From assembly GCA_002311645.1 (NCBI GenBank), contig DBYW01000034.1:146996-210995 (forward strand): a DNA stretch of 64,000 bases. Direction: 5' to 3'. The stretch's first letter is position 1. Every line of letters starts with the position of its first letter. The DNA comes from Bacteroidales bacterium UBA1176 (GTDB lineage Bacteria; Bacteroidota; Bacteroidia; Bacteroidales; WCHB1-69). The notes under the pieces were generated by a model that was given only the letters and a program-made list of their open reading frames with translations, ran no database searches and was not told where the DNA came from. Positions 27,040 to 36,777 of the stretch are shown here, in pieces. The position numbers and the translations under genes are program-made.

Positions 27040-28704
27040 ATGAAGAAATATTTCAAAATCATCCTCTCTTTTTTTACTTGTCTGCTATTGGGCGGAACGC
27101 TGTGTGCACAGTTGCCGGCGACATGTTATCGTCTGACTTTCAGCGACAAGGCAAACTCCCCCTACTCCATTGACAATCCGTCTGAATATTTGTCGCCGCG
27201 TGCCTTGGAGAAGCGTGCCCGTTTCAACATTGCCATCACCGAGCAAGACTTTCCCGTCAATCCGCAATACGTGCAACAGGTGCAAAGTGTGGACTCTCGC
27301 ATCCGCGTGCTCTGCAGTTGCAAGTGGCTCAACACGTTGACCATCTACTGCCCCGACAGCACCAAACTTCCTCAAATCCAGGCCTTGCCATTTGTGACAG
27401 ACATATTGCCCGTGGCCAACTACGACCTCGAGAACATGACATCCCCATCGGCAACGCCCGAGCCTGAAAACAGCCCCTGGGTTTCCAACTCGCTGCGTGA
27501 CAGCGTGATTCCCTACGACTACGGCTATGCCCTCGCACAAATCGCCGTCCATAACGGCCAGCTTCTCCACAACGAAGGCTTCCGCGGTGACGGCATGCTC
27601 ATCGCTGTCTTCGACGCAGGTTGGAACGGCTTGGACACGAGCGACTTCTTCCGCATCCTGTTCGACGAGGGACGACTGTTGGGCACCCGCGACCTCATCC
27701 CTTTCCGCAACAATGTCTATGCTGGCCATCACCACGGCACCATCGTCACCTCCACGATGGCCGGCTTGACCGAGCAAATGTTAGTGGGCACGGCACCCCG
27801 GGCCAGCTATTTCCTCATCCGCTCCGAAGAACCGGATAGCGAGCAACCTATCGAGGAAGATTTTTGGGCACAAGCCGCCTGTATCGCCGACAGCATCGGC
27901 GCCGACGTCATCAACTCCTCCTTGGGCTACACCACCTTCTCCGACTTCCCGCAATACGAAAGTTCCTATTCCGACGTGAACGGCGTGACCAGCATAGCTT
28001 CACGTGCCGCCACCATCTTGGGACAAAATGGCGTCATTGTCTGTGTCAGCGCGGGTAACGACGGGGCCAATGATTGGCACTATATCGGGCATCCCGCCGA
28101 TGCATACGACATCTTAGCGGTCGGAGCCGCCGACATATTCGGCAACATCGCCTATTTCTCTTCCCGCGGTCCCTCCTTTGACGGGCGTGTCAAACCCGAC
28201 ATCACCTCCGTGGGGGTCAGCACCACCTGCGTCTATCCCGGAGACTACTTGGGTACCGCCGACGGCACCAGTCTTGCCGGACCCGTCGCCGCCGGCCTCT
28301 GCGCCTGCCTCTGGCAAGCCCTGCCTCTCGCCAACTCCACCCAAGTGATGCAGTACATCCGCGAAAGCGGCTCCTGCTACAACAACCCCAACGACTCCCT
28401 CGGCTACGGCATCCCCGACTTCTACGCCGCTTATTCCCAACATGTTGGCATCACAGAACACCGCAACCCCACCCTCTCCGTCTTTCCCAATCCCTGCACC
28501 GACTTCCTGCAAGTTCCCAACGGCCAACTCCAAATCGAAACCATTGACCTGTTCGATGCCTCCGGCAAATTGGTAAAACGTGTCCATAATCAGGGCAAAT
28601 ATTTGATAAAAATCCGCGTTAATGAACTTCCAAACGGGATTTATATGGGAAAAGCCCACCTCCAAAACGGCGGAACACAAACCTTCAAAGTCTCTAAACT
28701 ATAA
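27040..28704 (+). CDS. Secreted subtilisin-like S8 peptidase with T9SS CTD
   Basis: Catalytic triad FDAG / HHGT / GTSLAGP, SAGNDG oxyanion motif, CTD VFPNP...GIY...TFKVSK. Confidence 0.93.
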   Translation: MKKYFKIILSFFTCLLLGGTLCAQLPATCYRLTFSDKANSPYSIDNPSEYLSPRALEKRARFNIAITEQDFPVNPQYVQQVQSVDSRIRVLCSCKWLNTLTIYCPDSTKLPQIQALPFVTDILPVANYDLENMTSPSATPEPENSPWVSNSLRDSVIPYDYGYALAQIAVHNGQLLHNEGFRGDGMLIAVFDAGWNGLDTSDFFRILFDEGRLLGTRDLIPFRNNVYAGHHHGTIVTSTMAGLTEQMLVGTAPRASYFLIRSEEPDSEQPIEEDFWAQAACIADSIGADVINSSLGYTTFSDFPQYESSYSDVNGVTSIASRAATILGQNGVIVCVSAGNDGANDWHYIGHPADAYDILAVGAADIFGNIAYFSSRGPSFDGRVKPDITSVGVSTTCVYPGDYLGTADGTSLAGPVAAGLCACLWQALPLANSTQVMQYIRESGSCYNNPNDSLGYGIPDFYAAYSQHVGITEHRNPTLSVFPNPCTDFLQVPNGQLQIETIDLFDASGKLVKRVHNQGKYLIKIRVNELPNGIYMGKAHLQNGGTQTFKVSKL

Positions 28705-28799
28705 GTATTATATTTATAATCAAGATTTTAGAAAAAATGTAAGGCTGCAAGCCGAGGTATTGAAAAAAAGTGTATTTTTGCAACCTCAAAAACTGAGAT

Positions 28800-28872
<73 letters not shown>

Positions 28873-28875
28873 CAC

Positions 28876-28904
28876 AAGCCCCGAGATCATTTCGGGGTTT
28901 TTTT
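28876..28904 (+). terminator. Intrinsic terminator after tRNA-Phe
   Basis: AAGCCCCGAGA-TCA-TTTCGGGGTT followed by a T-run. Confidence 0.75.
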
Positions 28905-28931
28905 GTATTCCATCAACAAAAAACGGACATA

Positions 28932-29693
28932 ATGATCACCATAGGATTAGTGCAGTCTGACATCCAACACACCGTACCCGAGAGAAATTTCGGGCATTAT
29001 GAGACACTTTTACGGGAACAGATGAGTGCTCCGGTACAATTATTGGTGTTGCCAGAGATGTTCGCTTGTGGCTTCGGACCGGACTTGAGGGCGTATGCCG
29101 AACATGGCGACGGGCCGTCTGTCATATTCCTGCAACACCTTGCCCAAGAGTATCATTGCGACGTGGTGGCCTCGCTACCCGTAGAGGAGGGCGGGAACAT
29201 ATATAACCGCCTTTTCTGGATGTCGCCCGAGGGTGTGCGCGCCACCTACGACAAGCACAACCTCTTCTTCGGGGAGGAGCGCGAGCAGTGCACGCCTGGC
29301 ACCGAACGCACTGTCGTGGAGGCTTTCGGCTATAAATTCCTTCCACTGATCTGCTTTGACGTGCGCTTCCCGGAGTGGAGTCGCAACCACCGCACAGGTG
29401 AGTGCTACGATTACGATTGCCTTCTTTATACAGCCAATTTCCCCGCCCCGCGCGAGAAGGTCTTGCAAAAGTTAGCCGCCGCCCGCGCTATCGAAAACCA
29501 AGCCTACGTGGCGGTTGTCAACCGCGTGGGACGTGATGGCAAAGGACACATACACCGCGGCGGCACCGCCGTGTTCGACCCCGACGGACGCGTACTGGCC
29601 GCCGCCGAACACGACCGCGAGCAAATCGTCACCGCCACCTTGCCCCTGCATTCCCTCGCCACTATTCGGGAGTGGTTCCCGGTGTTGGGCTAA
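28932..29693 (+). CDS. Nitrilase-family amidohydrolase (omega-amidase/YafV-like)
   Basis: Catalytic E-K-C in LPEMF, YDKHNL and ICFDVRFPE; ARAIENQAYV. Start placed at ATG 28932. Confidence 0.9.
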   Translation: MITIGLVQSDIQHTVPERNFGHYETLLREQMSAPVQLLVLPEMFACGFGPDLRAYAEHGDGPSVIFLQHLAQEYHCDVVASLPVEEGGNIYNRLFWMSPEGVRATYDKHNLFFGEEREQCTPGTERTVVEAFGYKFLPLICFDVRFPEWSRNHRTGECYDYDCLLYTANFPAPREKVLQKLAAARAIENQAYVAVVNRVGRDGKGHIHRGGTAVFDPDGRVLAAAEHDREQIVTATLPLHSLATIREWFPVLG

Positions 29694-29760
29694 TAGCAGC
29701 CACACATTGGCTCTACCAACAATTTTTGTATCTTTGCGCCCCTTAACGAAATAAGACATC

Positions 29761-31557
29761 ATGAAAAAATTTGCTTTCATTGCATTGATTATAAGTTTGT
29801 TGTCTATGCCTCTCCTGGCACAGAACAAAAACTACCAGTCGTCACGCACCAAGATGGACCAAGTGATCAACTCCATCAACCAAATGTACGTGGATTCCGT
29901 GGATTTCGATCCCATGGTGGACAAATCCATCGTGACATTGCTCAAGGAGTTGGACCCGCACTCCACCTTCATCCCCAAGAAGGATGTGCAGGCAATGACC
30001 GAGCCGCTGCAAGGCTCCTTCGATGGCATCGGTGTGACTTTTCAGCTCATCAAGGACACCATCAACGTTATCGAGGTCATCATCAACGGCCCGTCCGAGA
30101 AAGTCGGACTGTTAGCGGGCGACAAGATCGTGAAGGTGAACGACACCTTGGCTTGCGGTGACAAGATCACCAACGACTGGGTGCGCAAGCATCTGCGCGG
30201 TGCCAAAGGTTCCAAAGTCAAGGTCTCTGTCAAGCGCGGTCGCAACCCCGAACTTATCGACTTCACCATCACGCGTGGCGCCATCCCTATGTACAGCATC
30301 AACGTGGCCTTCATGGCCGACGAGACCACCGGCTACATCAAGTTGGAACGTTTCGCGGCCACCTCCACCAAGGAACTGACCGATGCCCTGCGGCGCCTCA
30401 AGGCCCGGGGCATGCAAGACCTCATCCTCGACCTGCGCGGCAACGGCGGCGGCTACCTCAACGTGGCTTTCGAAGTCTGCGACCAATTCATCAGCGGCAA
30501 GAAGATGATTGTCTACACCGACAATTTCCGCAAGACCGGCGAAAGTTTCTACTCCGGCAACGCCGGCCTCTTCGAGGAGGGCAAACTCATCGTGCTGGTG
30601 GACGAGAATTCCGCGTCAGCCTCCGAAATCACCTCAGGGTGCATCCAAGACTGGGACCGCGGCCTCGTGGTGGGTCGCCGCACCTTCGGCAAAGGCCTTG
30701 TGCAAAAACCGTTGCGCCTCGTTGACCAATCGGAAGTCCGTCTCACCATCTCCCACTACTACACCCCCACGGGACGCTGCATTCAGAAGCCTTACAACGA
30801 CGGCCTCGACGCCTACTATAAAGACCTCCAAACCCGCGCCAACAACGGTGAACTCTATACCGCCGACAAGATCCAGTTCCCCGACTCCCTCAAATTCAAA
30901 ACCCCGCATGGCAGGATCGTCTACGGCGGCGGCGGCATCATGCCCGACATCTTCATTCCCCTCGACACCACCAAATACTCGACCCTCTATAACGAAATCG
31001 TCCGCAAGGGCGTCTTCGGCAACTATGTGATGGATTATTTGGAAGACAACCGCGAAAATCTCAAAAAAACTTACCCCACTTTTGAAGATTTTGAGAAAAA
31101 ATTCAAGATTTCAAACAAACAATACAATGAATTCATGGCTTTTGCCAAGAAAGAGGGTGTCAGCGACAGCGCAGCCTTCAAGTTCTCCAACTATGCAACC
31201 TCATTTTTGAACGCCAACAAGGAAAAACTGGACTCCCTGTTCACTTCGGCCCGACATATCGACACGCGTGTTCTTGACACCATGTTCACCAATTATGTGA
31301 CCAAGAACTACAACGAAGCCATGCGCCTGCGCAACGAAGCACACGCCAACGAGTACATCAAGGACTACCTGCGCTTCGAAATCGCACGCGGTCTCTATGG
31401 TTACGGCGAGGCTTACCGCATTTTCCTCGAAACCGACGACACCTTCCAACAGGCACTCAAAATCATGCATGACAAGAAGCTGTTCAAGAAATTCAAGGTC
31501 TATTCTGGTAAAAGCAACAATCGGAAAGACAAAGACGAAGAAGAAGAAGAAGAATAA
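29761..31557 (+). CDS. S41 carboxy-terminal processing protease (CtpA/Prc-like)
   Basis: LDPHS, PDZ domain GIGV, LDLRGNGGG, SASASEI and TFGKGLVQ motifs. Confidence 0.95.
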   Translation: MKKFAFIALIISLLSMPLLAQNKNYQSSRTKMDQVINSINQMYVDSVDFDPMVDKSIVTLLKELDPHSTFIPKKDVQAMTEPLQGSFDGIGVTFQLIKDTINVIEVIINGPSEKVGLLAGDKIVKVNDTLACGDKITNDWVRKHLRGAKGSKVKVSVKRGRNPELIDFTITRGAIPMYSINVAFMADETTGYIKLERFAATSTKELTDALRRLKARGMQDLILDLRGNGGGYLNVAFEVCDQFISGKKMIVYTDNFRKTGESFYSGNAGLFEEGKLIVLVDENSASASEITSGCIQDWDRGLVVGRRTFGKGLVQKPLRLVDQSEVRLTISHYYTPTGRCIQKPYNDGLDAYYKDLQTRANNGELYTADKIQFPDSLKFKTPHGRIVYGGGGIMPDIFIPLDTTKYSTLYNEIVRKGVFGNYVMDYLEDNRENLKKTYPTFEDFEKKFKISNKQYNEFMAFAKKEGVSDSAAFKFSNYATSFLNANKEKLDSLFTSARHIDTRVLDTMFTNYVTKNYNEAMRLRNEAHANEYIKDYLRFEIARGLYGYGEAYRIFLETDDTFQQALKIMHDKKLFKKFKVYSGKSNNRKDKDEEEEEE

Positions 31558-31563
31558 AGCCTC

Positions 31564-33552
31564 GTGATCTCCAAGAAAACCATAGATGAGATAATGTTCG
31601 CCACGAAAATCGAAGATGTGGTGGGCGACTTTGTCACCTTGCGGCGACAGGGACAGAGCTTCGTGGGAGTGTGTCCGTTCCACAACGACAAGAACCCCTC
31701 GTTGCACGTCACGCCGCGCTTGGGCATCTACAAGTGCTTTGTCTGCGACGCCAAGGGCAACGCCGTGCATTTCCTGATGGAGCACGCCAAGATGACCTAC
31801 CCGGAGGCTTTGGAGTACCTGGCAAAAAAATACAATATCGAAATTGAGTACGACCGGCCCGAGACGGACGAGGAGAAGGCCTTGCGCAGCGAACGCGACA
31901 GCCTCTTCATCGTCAACGAGTTCGCGGAGAAATACTTCATGGAACAACTCCGCAACAGCGAAGAGGGCCAAATGTTGGGACTCACCTATTTCAAGGAGCG
32001 TGGCTTCAAGGATGCCACACTCGACAAGTTCCACCTCGGCTACTGCCCCGGCGGTTGGGATTCCTTCACCCAGGAAGCTCTCAAACAAGGTTATAAAGAA
32101 GAATTCCTGCTCAAGCTCGGGCTCACCAAAAAGAGCGACAAGGGCAAACTCTACGACTTTTACCGTGGACGCGTCATCTTCCCCATCCACAACACAGTGG
32201 GGCGTGTCATCGGATTCGGCGGGCGCATCCTCAAGAAGGACGAGAAAATCGCCAAGTATTTCAACTCTCCGGAAAACGAAATCTACCACAAGAGCGACAC
32301 GCTCTACGACCTCTACTTGGCGAAGAAGGCCATCCGGCAGATGGACAACGTCTACTTGGTGGAGGGCTACACCGATGTGATCTCGATGTTCGAGTCGGGC
32401 GTGGAGAACGTTGTCGCCTCCTCCGGCACCTCCCTGACCGACGGGCAGGTGAAACTGCTCTATTCGCTCACCAAAAACATCACGGTGCTGTACGACGGTG
32501 ACGCCGCCGGCATCAAAGCATCCCTGCGCGGTATCGACATGCTCCTCGAAAAGGGCATGAACGTGCGTGTCTGCCTGCTTCCCGACGGCGAAGACCCCGA
32601 CTCCTTTGCTAAGAAACACCGCGACAGCGAACTGCAGGAATATCTCTCGCAAAATACCACGGACTTCATCCTCTTCAAGGTGCAAATCCTGCTCGAAGAG
32701 GCTGGTAACGACCCTCTGAAACGCGCCAACGTGGTCAACAATATCCTCGAAAGCATAGCCAAAATCCAGGACAACATCGTGCAGTCCTTCTACATCAAGG
32801 AGTGCGCCCGACTGTTCGAATTGCCGGAAGCCACCCTCGGCAGCAAAATCCGCTCGATGCTCTGGAAAGCGAACACTGAGAAAAGAAAGGCCGACAATGC
32901 AACTTCCATTGAACAAACCCCGCTGCAAGAGGTGCAAATCCGCGAGCAACGGCAAGTGGAACAGCAACTTCGTCCTCAGACAAACCTGCGTCTCGAAGCC
33001 GAAAAGAATCTTATCAAGTTGCTCTACAAGTACGGTTTCTATGAAATCCTCGTGGAAGACAACAATGACGATGGTTTTACCAAACAACGGGTGGACCAGT
33101 TCGTTTTCAATGAACTTCACCACGATGAAATCACCATCCAGGATCCGAAATTGCGCAAAATCTACGAGAACTACGCAGAACGCGCCGCTATCCTGATGGA
33201 TCCCGACTCCATGCAACGCACCCTTGTCTATAGCGAAGACGAGGACGAGTACAAGTTCGCCATCGACAACCTTGAAAGCGAACAGGCTTACAGCCCTATA
33301 TGGGAGAAAAAGTACGACTTGGTTACCCATTCCACCGAAAACAGCATCCAAAACCTGCAACAGCAGGTTCAAGACACCTTGCTTTCCCTAAAACTGCGCA
33401 TTCTTGAAGAGAGAATTGCGTTTTTAAGAAACGAACTGAAACAAAAAGAATATAGTGAAGAAGACCAAATCATGATATTGGCTCATATCAACCTTTTGGT
33501 GAAATGCCGGAAAAGCATTTCGGAACGACTGAACCGTGTGGTAAGCCGATAG
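31564..33552 (+). CDS. dnaG: DNA primase
   Basis: CPFH...CFVC zinc finger, GFGGR, KYFNSPE, VEGYTDV and YDGDAAG TOPRIM motifs. Confidence 0.97.
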   Translation: MISKKTIDEIMFATKIEDVVGDFVTLRRQGQSFVGVCPFHNDKNPSLHVTPRLGIYKCFVCDAKGNAVHFLMEHAKMTYPEALEYLAKKYNIEIEYDRPETDEEKALRSERDSLFIVNEFAEKYFMEQLRNSEEGQMLGLTYFKERGFKDATLDKFHLGYCPGGWDSFTQEALKQGYKEEFLLKLGLTKKSDKGKLYDFYRGRVIFPIHNTVGRVIGFGGRILKKDEKIAKYFNSPENEIYHKSDTLYDLYLAKKAIRQMDNVYLVEGYTDVISMFESGVENVVASSGTSLTDGQVKLLYSLTKNITVLYDGDAAGIKASLRGIDMLLEKGMNVRVCLLPDGEDPDSFAKKHRDSELQEYLSQNTTDFILFKVQILLEEAGNDPLKRANVVNNILESIAKIQDNIVQSFYIKECARLFELPEATLGSKIRSMLWKANTEKRKADNATSIEQTPLQEVQIREQRQVEQQLRPQTNLRLEAEKNLIKLLYKYGFYEILVEDNNDDGFTKQRVDQFVFNELHHDEITIQDPKLRKIYENYAERAAILMDPDSMQRTLVYSEDEDEYKFAIDNLESEQAYSPIWEKKYDLVTHSTENSIQNLQQQVQDTLLSLKLRILEERIAFLRNELKQKEYSEEDQIMILAHINLLVKCRKSISERLNRVVSR

Positions 33553-33597
33553 GAGTTATAATTGGAAAACCTTTACTTGTGTTTGTAAATCTCGAAT

Positions 33598-34533
33598 ATG
33601 GCACTTTTTAAGAAGATTGACTGGAAAAACATCGACTGGAAAGAATTTTTCAAGACATACGCGTTGATTGTGTTAGGCACATTCATCATGTCGATCGGGT
33701 ATGTGGTGTTCGTGTCACCGTTGAAGTTAGCACCCGGCGGGGTGTACGGCATCGCCATCATCCTGCACCACCTCTTCAACTTCCCCATCGGCTTGTCGGG
33801 CATCTGCCTTGACATCCCGCTATTGGTCATCGGCACGCTGTGGTTAGGGCCCAAATTCGGGGCCAAAACCATCGTGGGCGTGATCACACTGCCGGCATTC
33901 ATCTCCCTCTGGGAAAAAATCTACGGCTATGAGCCGCTCATCTCTCTGCCCGGACAGCCCATGACGCCCGACCCGGCGGCCAACTTCATCGTCGCGCTCT
34001 GCGGCGGAGTCATCATCGGCATCGGATTAGGCCTGATCTTCAAGACCCGCGCCACCTCGGGCGGCAGCGACATCATCGCCATGATCATCGCCAAATATGT
34101 CAAGCATATTCCCCTTGGCACACTGCTCATCATCGTCGATTCCACCATCGTGCTCGCAGCCTTGGTCGCCTTCAAAGACTGGACTATCCCCCTCTACTCC
34201 TGGCTCATCATCTACGTCACCGGCATCGTCATGGACAGAGTCATCGTCGGCTTCCACTCCAACAAGGTGGTGCTCATCGTCTCTGACTACTACGACGAAA
34301 TCCGGCAGCACATCTTCGACGAACTCGACCGCGGCGGCACCTTCCTCAACGGCGAAGGCATGTACAACAACGACGAGAAGAAAATCATCTTCACCTCCAT
34401 CTCCCGCAAACAACTGCCCGTGCTCGTACACTTTGTCCACGAAATCGACCCCAAGGCCTTTGTCTCCATCCTCGACGCCTCCGAAACCCTCGGCAACGGG
34501 TTCACCTCCCTGCGCGAAAAAGCACTGAACTAA
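33598..34533 (+). CDS. YitT family membrane protein
   Basis: APGGVYG, ATSGGSDIIA, LDRGGT and IDPKAFV motifs. Confidence 0.92.
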   Translation: MALFKKIDWKNIDWKEFFKTYALIVLGTFIMSIGYVVFVSPLKLAPGGVYGIAIILHHLFNFPIGLSGICLDIPLLVIGTLWLGPKFGAKTIVGVITLPAFISLWEKIYGYEPLISLPGQPMTPDPAANFIVALCGGVIIGIGLGLIFKTRATSGGSDIIAMIIAKYVKHIPLGTLLIIVDSTIVLAALVAFKDWTIPLYSWLIIYVTGIVMDRVIVGFHSNKVVLIVSDYYDEIRQHIFDELDRGGTFLNGEGMYNNDEKKIIFTSISRKQLPVLVHFVHEIDPKAFVSILDASETLGNGFTSLREKALN

Positions 34534-34577
34534 TGTCCAAAATCTAACACCACAAATCACCAACGTCTTCAACAACT

Positions 34578-34880
34578 ATGACCAAAGAACAAGTCATCGA
34601 CGTATTAAGCAAAATATACGACCCGGAGATTCCCGTGAACATCTGGGAGTTGGGGTTCATTTATAAATTGGAAGTGAACGAGAACAACGACGTTTACATC
34701 CTCATGACGCTCACGGCTCCGAACTGCCCCGTGGCCGAGTCCCTGCCCTTGGATGTCCGCAAGGATGTGGCCGCCATCCCCGGCGTGGGCAATGTGGTGG
34801 TGGACATCACCTTCGATCCGCCTTGGGACATGGACAAGATGTCGGAAGCGGCGAAATTGGAGTTGGGGTTGATTTGGTAG
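34578..34880 (+). CDS. Fe-S cluster assembly protein (DUF59/SufT-like)
   Basis: YDPEIPVNIWELG, MTLTAPNCP and FDPPW motifs. Confidence 0.92.
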   Translation: MTKEQVIDVLSKIYDPEIPVNIWELGFIYKLEVNENNDVYILMTLTAPNCPVAESLPLDVRKDVAAIPGVGNVVVDITFDPPWDMDKMSEAAKLELGLIW

Positions 34881-34912
34881 TTGGAGGTTGGCTATTGGCT
34901 GTTGGTTGGTGG
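34881..34912. repeat. Heptamer tandem array (TTGGnnn)
   Basis: TTGGAGG-TTGGCTA-TTGGCTG-TTGGTTG begins immediately after the TAG stop. Confidence 0.6.
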
Positions 34913-35205
34913 TTCGTTGTTTTCTCTCGAGGTGTTGACGGCTTTGTACCCGCCGCTCTTCTTGCTGCCGGTGTGCTCGATGAGACCCTGCTGCTTGAGT
35001 TTGGAGATTCCTGAAGAAACGCCGTTATCTTTTCCGACACCTGTACTTGGGTTTTGGGTTCCAGCCGGAATGTGGTGGGGGCTTCTTCCCACGGCATCTT
35101 TTTCAGAACCACCCTGTCCCCCTTGCAGGACTCGATGGACCGGTAAGGCACCAACACGGTGGTGGTGATGCGGACGAACACTTCCTCCCCAAACTTCAGG
35201 GACAT
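34892..35205 (-). pseudogene. Frameshifted winged-HTH remnant
   Basis: Two overlapping frames give QVSEKITAFLQESPNSS and ISKLKQQGLIEHTGSKKSGGY, typical of C-terminal wHTH domains of Fic/ATP-binding proteins. Confidence 0.5.
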
Positions 35206-35243
35206 TAAACAGTGTTTTGTCTTAATCCTTCACGCAATCCCCT

Positions 35244-35388
35244 TTTTATCCCTTCACATCGTCTTGAGGCGTATGTTTTGTAACATACTGATCAACAATG
35301 TTTTTATTCCCTTCAGTAAAGATTGGTCTTATTAGGGGGTTCACATTTTTGGCGAGAGAGTTCACATTTTTAGTGTGAAGGGATAAAA
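35244..35388. repeat. 15-bp perfect inverted repeat enclosing 115 bp
   Basis: TTTTATCCCTTCACA (35244-35258) and TGTGAAGGGATAAAA (35374-35388); internal direct repeat GTTCACATTTTT x2. Confidence 0.75.
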
Positions 35389-35469
35389 TATCATAATTAT
35401 ATAGTACTTTTGCCAGCAAAAAAACAGCGGAATATCATTAATCAAATAAAGCACCATAAAAAAAAGTAT

Positions 35470-35610
35470 CGGAATTATCCCTTATAGTCTTGCAAAAAAA
35501 ATGGCGTGATAATCTGCGGAAATCTGCGTGGTCTGCGGGAAAATAAAACGCCCGCAAAACTCGCAGAAAAACGCAGAAAAGATATTACAAGATTCAAAGG
35601 GATAATTCTG
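35470..35610. mobile_element. MITE, copy 2
   Basis: CGGAATTATCCCTT...AAGGGATAATTCTG, homologous over its length to 2901-3040; flanks AAAAGTAT / AAAAATAT match at 7 of 8. Confidence 0.8.
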
Positions 35611-35796
35611 AAAAATATTGACAATGTGAACATTCCCAGCCAGATGGTCTATCGCGACTCCACCACCCTCCAGTTTACCTTCACCGGACTCTTCTTCAGC
35701 ACCTTGCCGGCGTACGAGAATGAGTGATCTCTAACGGATTGTCGCTGGAAACCAGATGATTTGTCACTATATAGTTATAAACCATAAAATCCCTTA

Positions 35797-36777
35797 ATGA
35801 TTATGAAAAGAAAGTTTTTACCCTTTTGTTGCTGCAATATATTGACTTTGGTCATCTTGCTAACCGCTAACACACCCGCCCGGGCACAGTACGACTCCTT
35901 CTTCGGTCATGAGTCATGGGAGTATGCTACCGGAATTTATCCTATTACGGGTACCGCTGATTATGATCCGTATTTGCTCAGCTGCCTTACAAACATCTAT
36001 CATTTCACATCTTCGGACACAGTGACAATTGATGGGGAGTTGTATTACAACAGTTCAGCCGAAGGATGGTGGACTTGTCCGGTAAAATTGAGGGAGGACA
36101 CCATGCTCGGACGTTTGTATGCTTTGATAGAGGGCAAAGAGTTTCTTGTGTGCGACATGTCCTTGGAAAGTGGTGACACGTTCAATTTGCCAGCCCTATT
36201 CTATAATTTTACACCAGAAGATACAATAAGACTGGTTGTTGATTCTGTGACATTCGTGAATTCGAAGAAAGTCATACATTTGTCTGTAGTAGTTTCTTCA
36301 GAAGCTGCATGGTATGATGCATGGTATTATTTCCCGTTTTCCGATTTAACTTTAGAAGGTGTCCGTGTTTTTCCCCTGCGTTTTATGGAAGGGATCGGTT
36401 CGATGTTAGGGATTATCCCTCCTTATAAGTTAGGAGAGTCCTTGTTTTGCCTCACAAAAGACGACACCTTGTATTATATGACCCATCCGGACATCGGGTG
36501 CTGGCAAGTTTACGTCAATGTTCCTGACTATCCGGAACAGGCGATGACAATTTTCCCCAATCCTGCGGACAATCTGATTACCATCCGTTTCGAAACAGAA
36601 GAAGAGGTTCGTGGGATTGTCTATATTCGCGATAATCTCGGAAGAGTATGTTCCCAAACAGAAATATCCAAACCATCAGTGGTCTTGAACATCAGTAATT
36701 TGCCATCAGGAATATATATGCTCACTTTTATTGATGCAAAAAACCGTAAAATTTCAAAAAAAATCGTAAAGAAATGA
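35797..36777 (+). CDS. T9SS CTD-containing secreted protein of unknown function
   Basis: Signal peptide ending ARA-QYD; LREDT...CDMSLESGDTF...FMEGIG domain; CTD IFPNP...LPSGIY...KKIVKK. Confidence 0.85.
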   Translation: MIMKRKFLPFCCCNILTLVILLTANTPARAQYDSFFGHESWEYATGIYPITGTADYDPYLLSCLTNIYHFTSSDTVTIDGELYYNSSAEGWWTCPVKLREDTMLGRLYALIEGKEFLVCDMSLESGDTFNLPALFYNFTPEDTIRLVVDSVTFVNSKKVIHLSVVVSSEAAWYDAWYYFPFSDLTLEGVRVFPLRFMEGIGSMLGIIPPYKLGESLFCLTKDDTLYYMTHPDIGCWQVYVNVPDYPEQAMTIFPNPADNLITIRFETEEEVRGIVYIRDNLGRVCSQTEISKPSVVLNISNLPSGIYMLTFIDAKNRKISKKIVKK

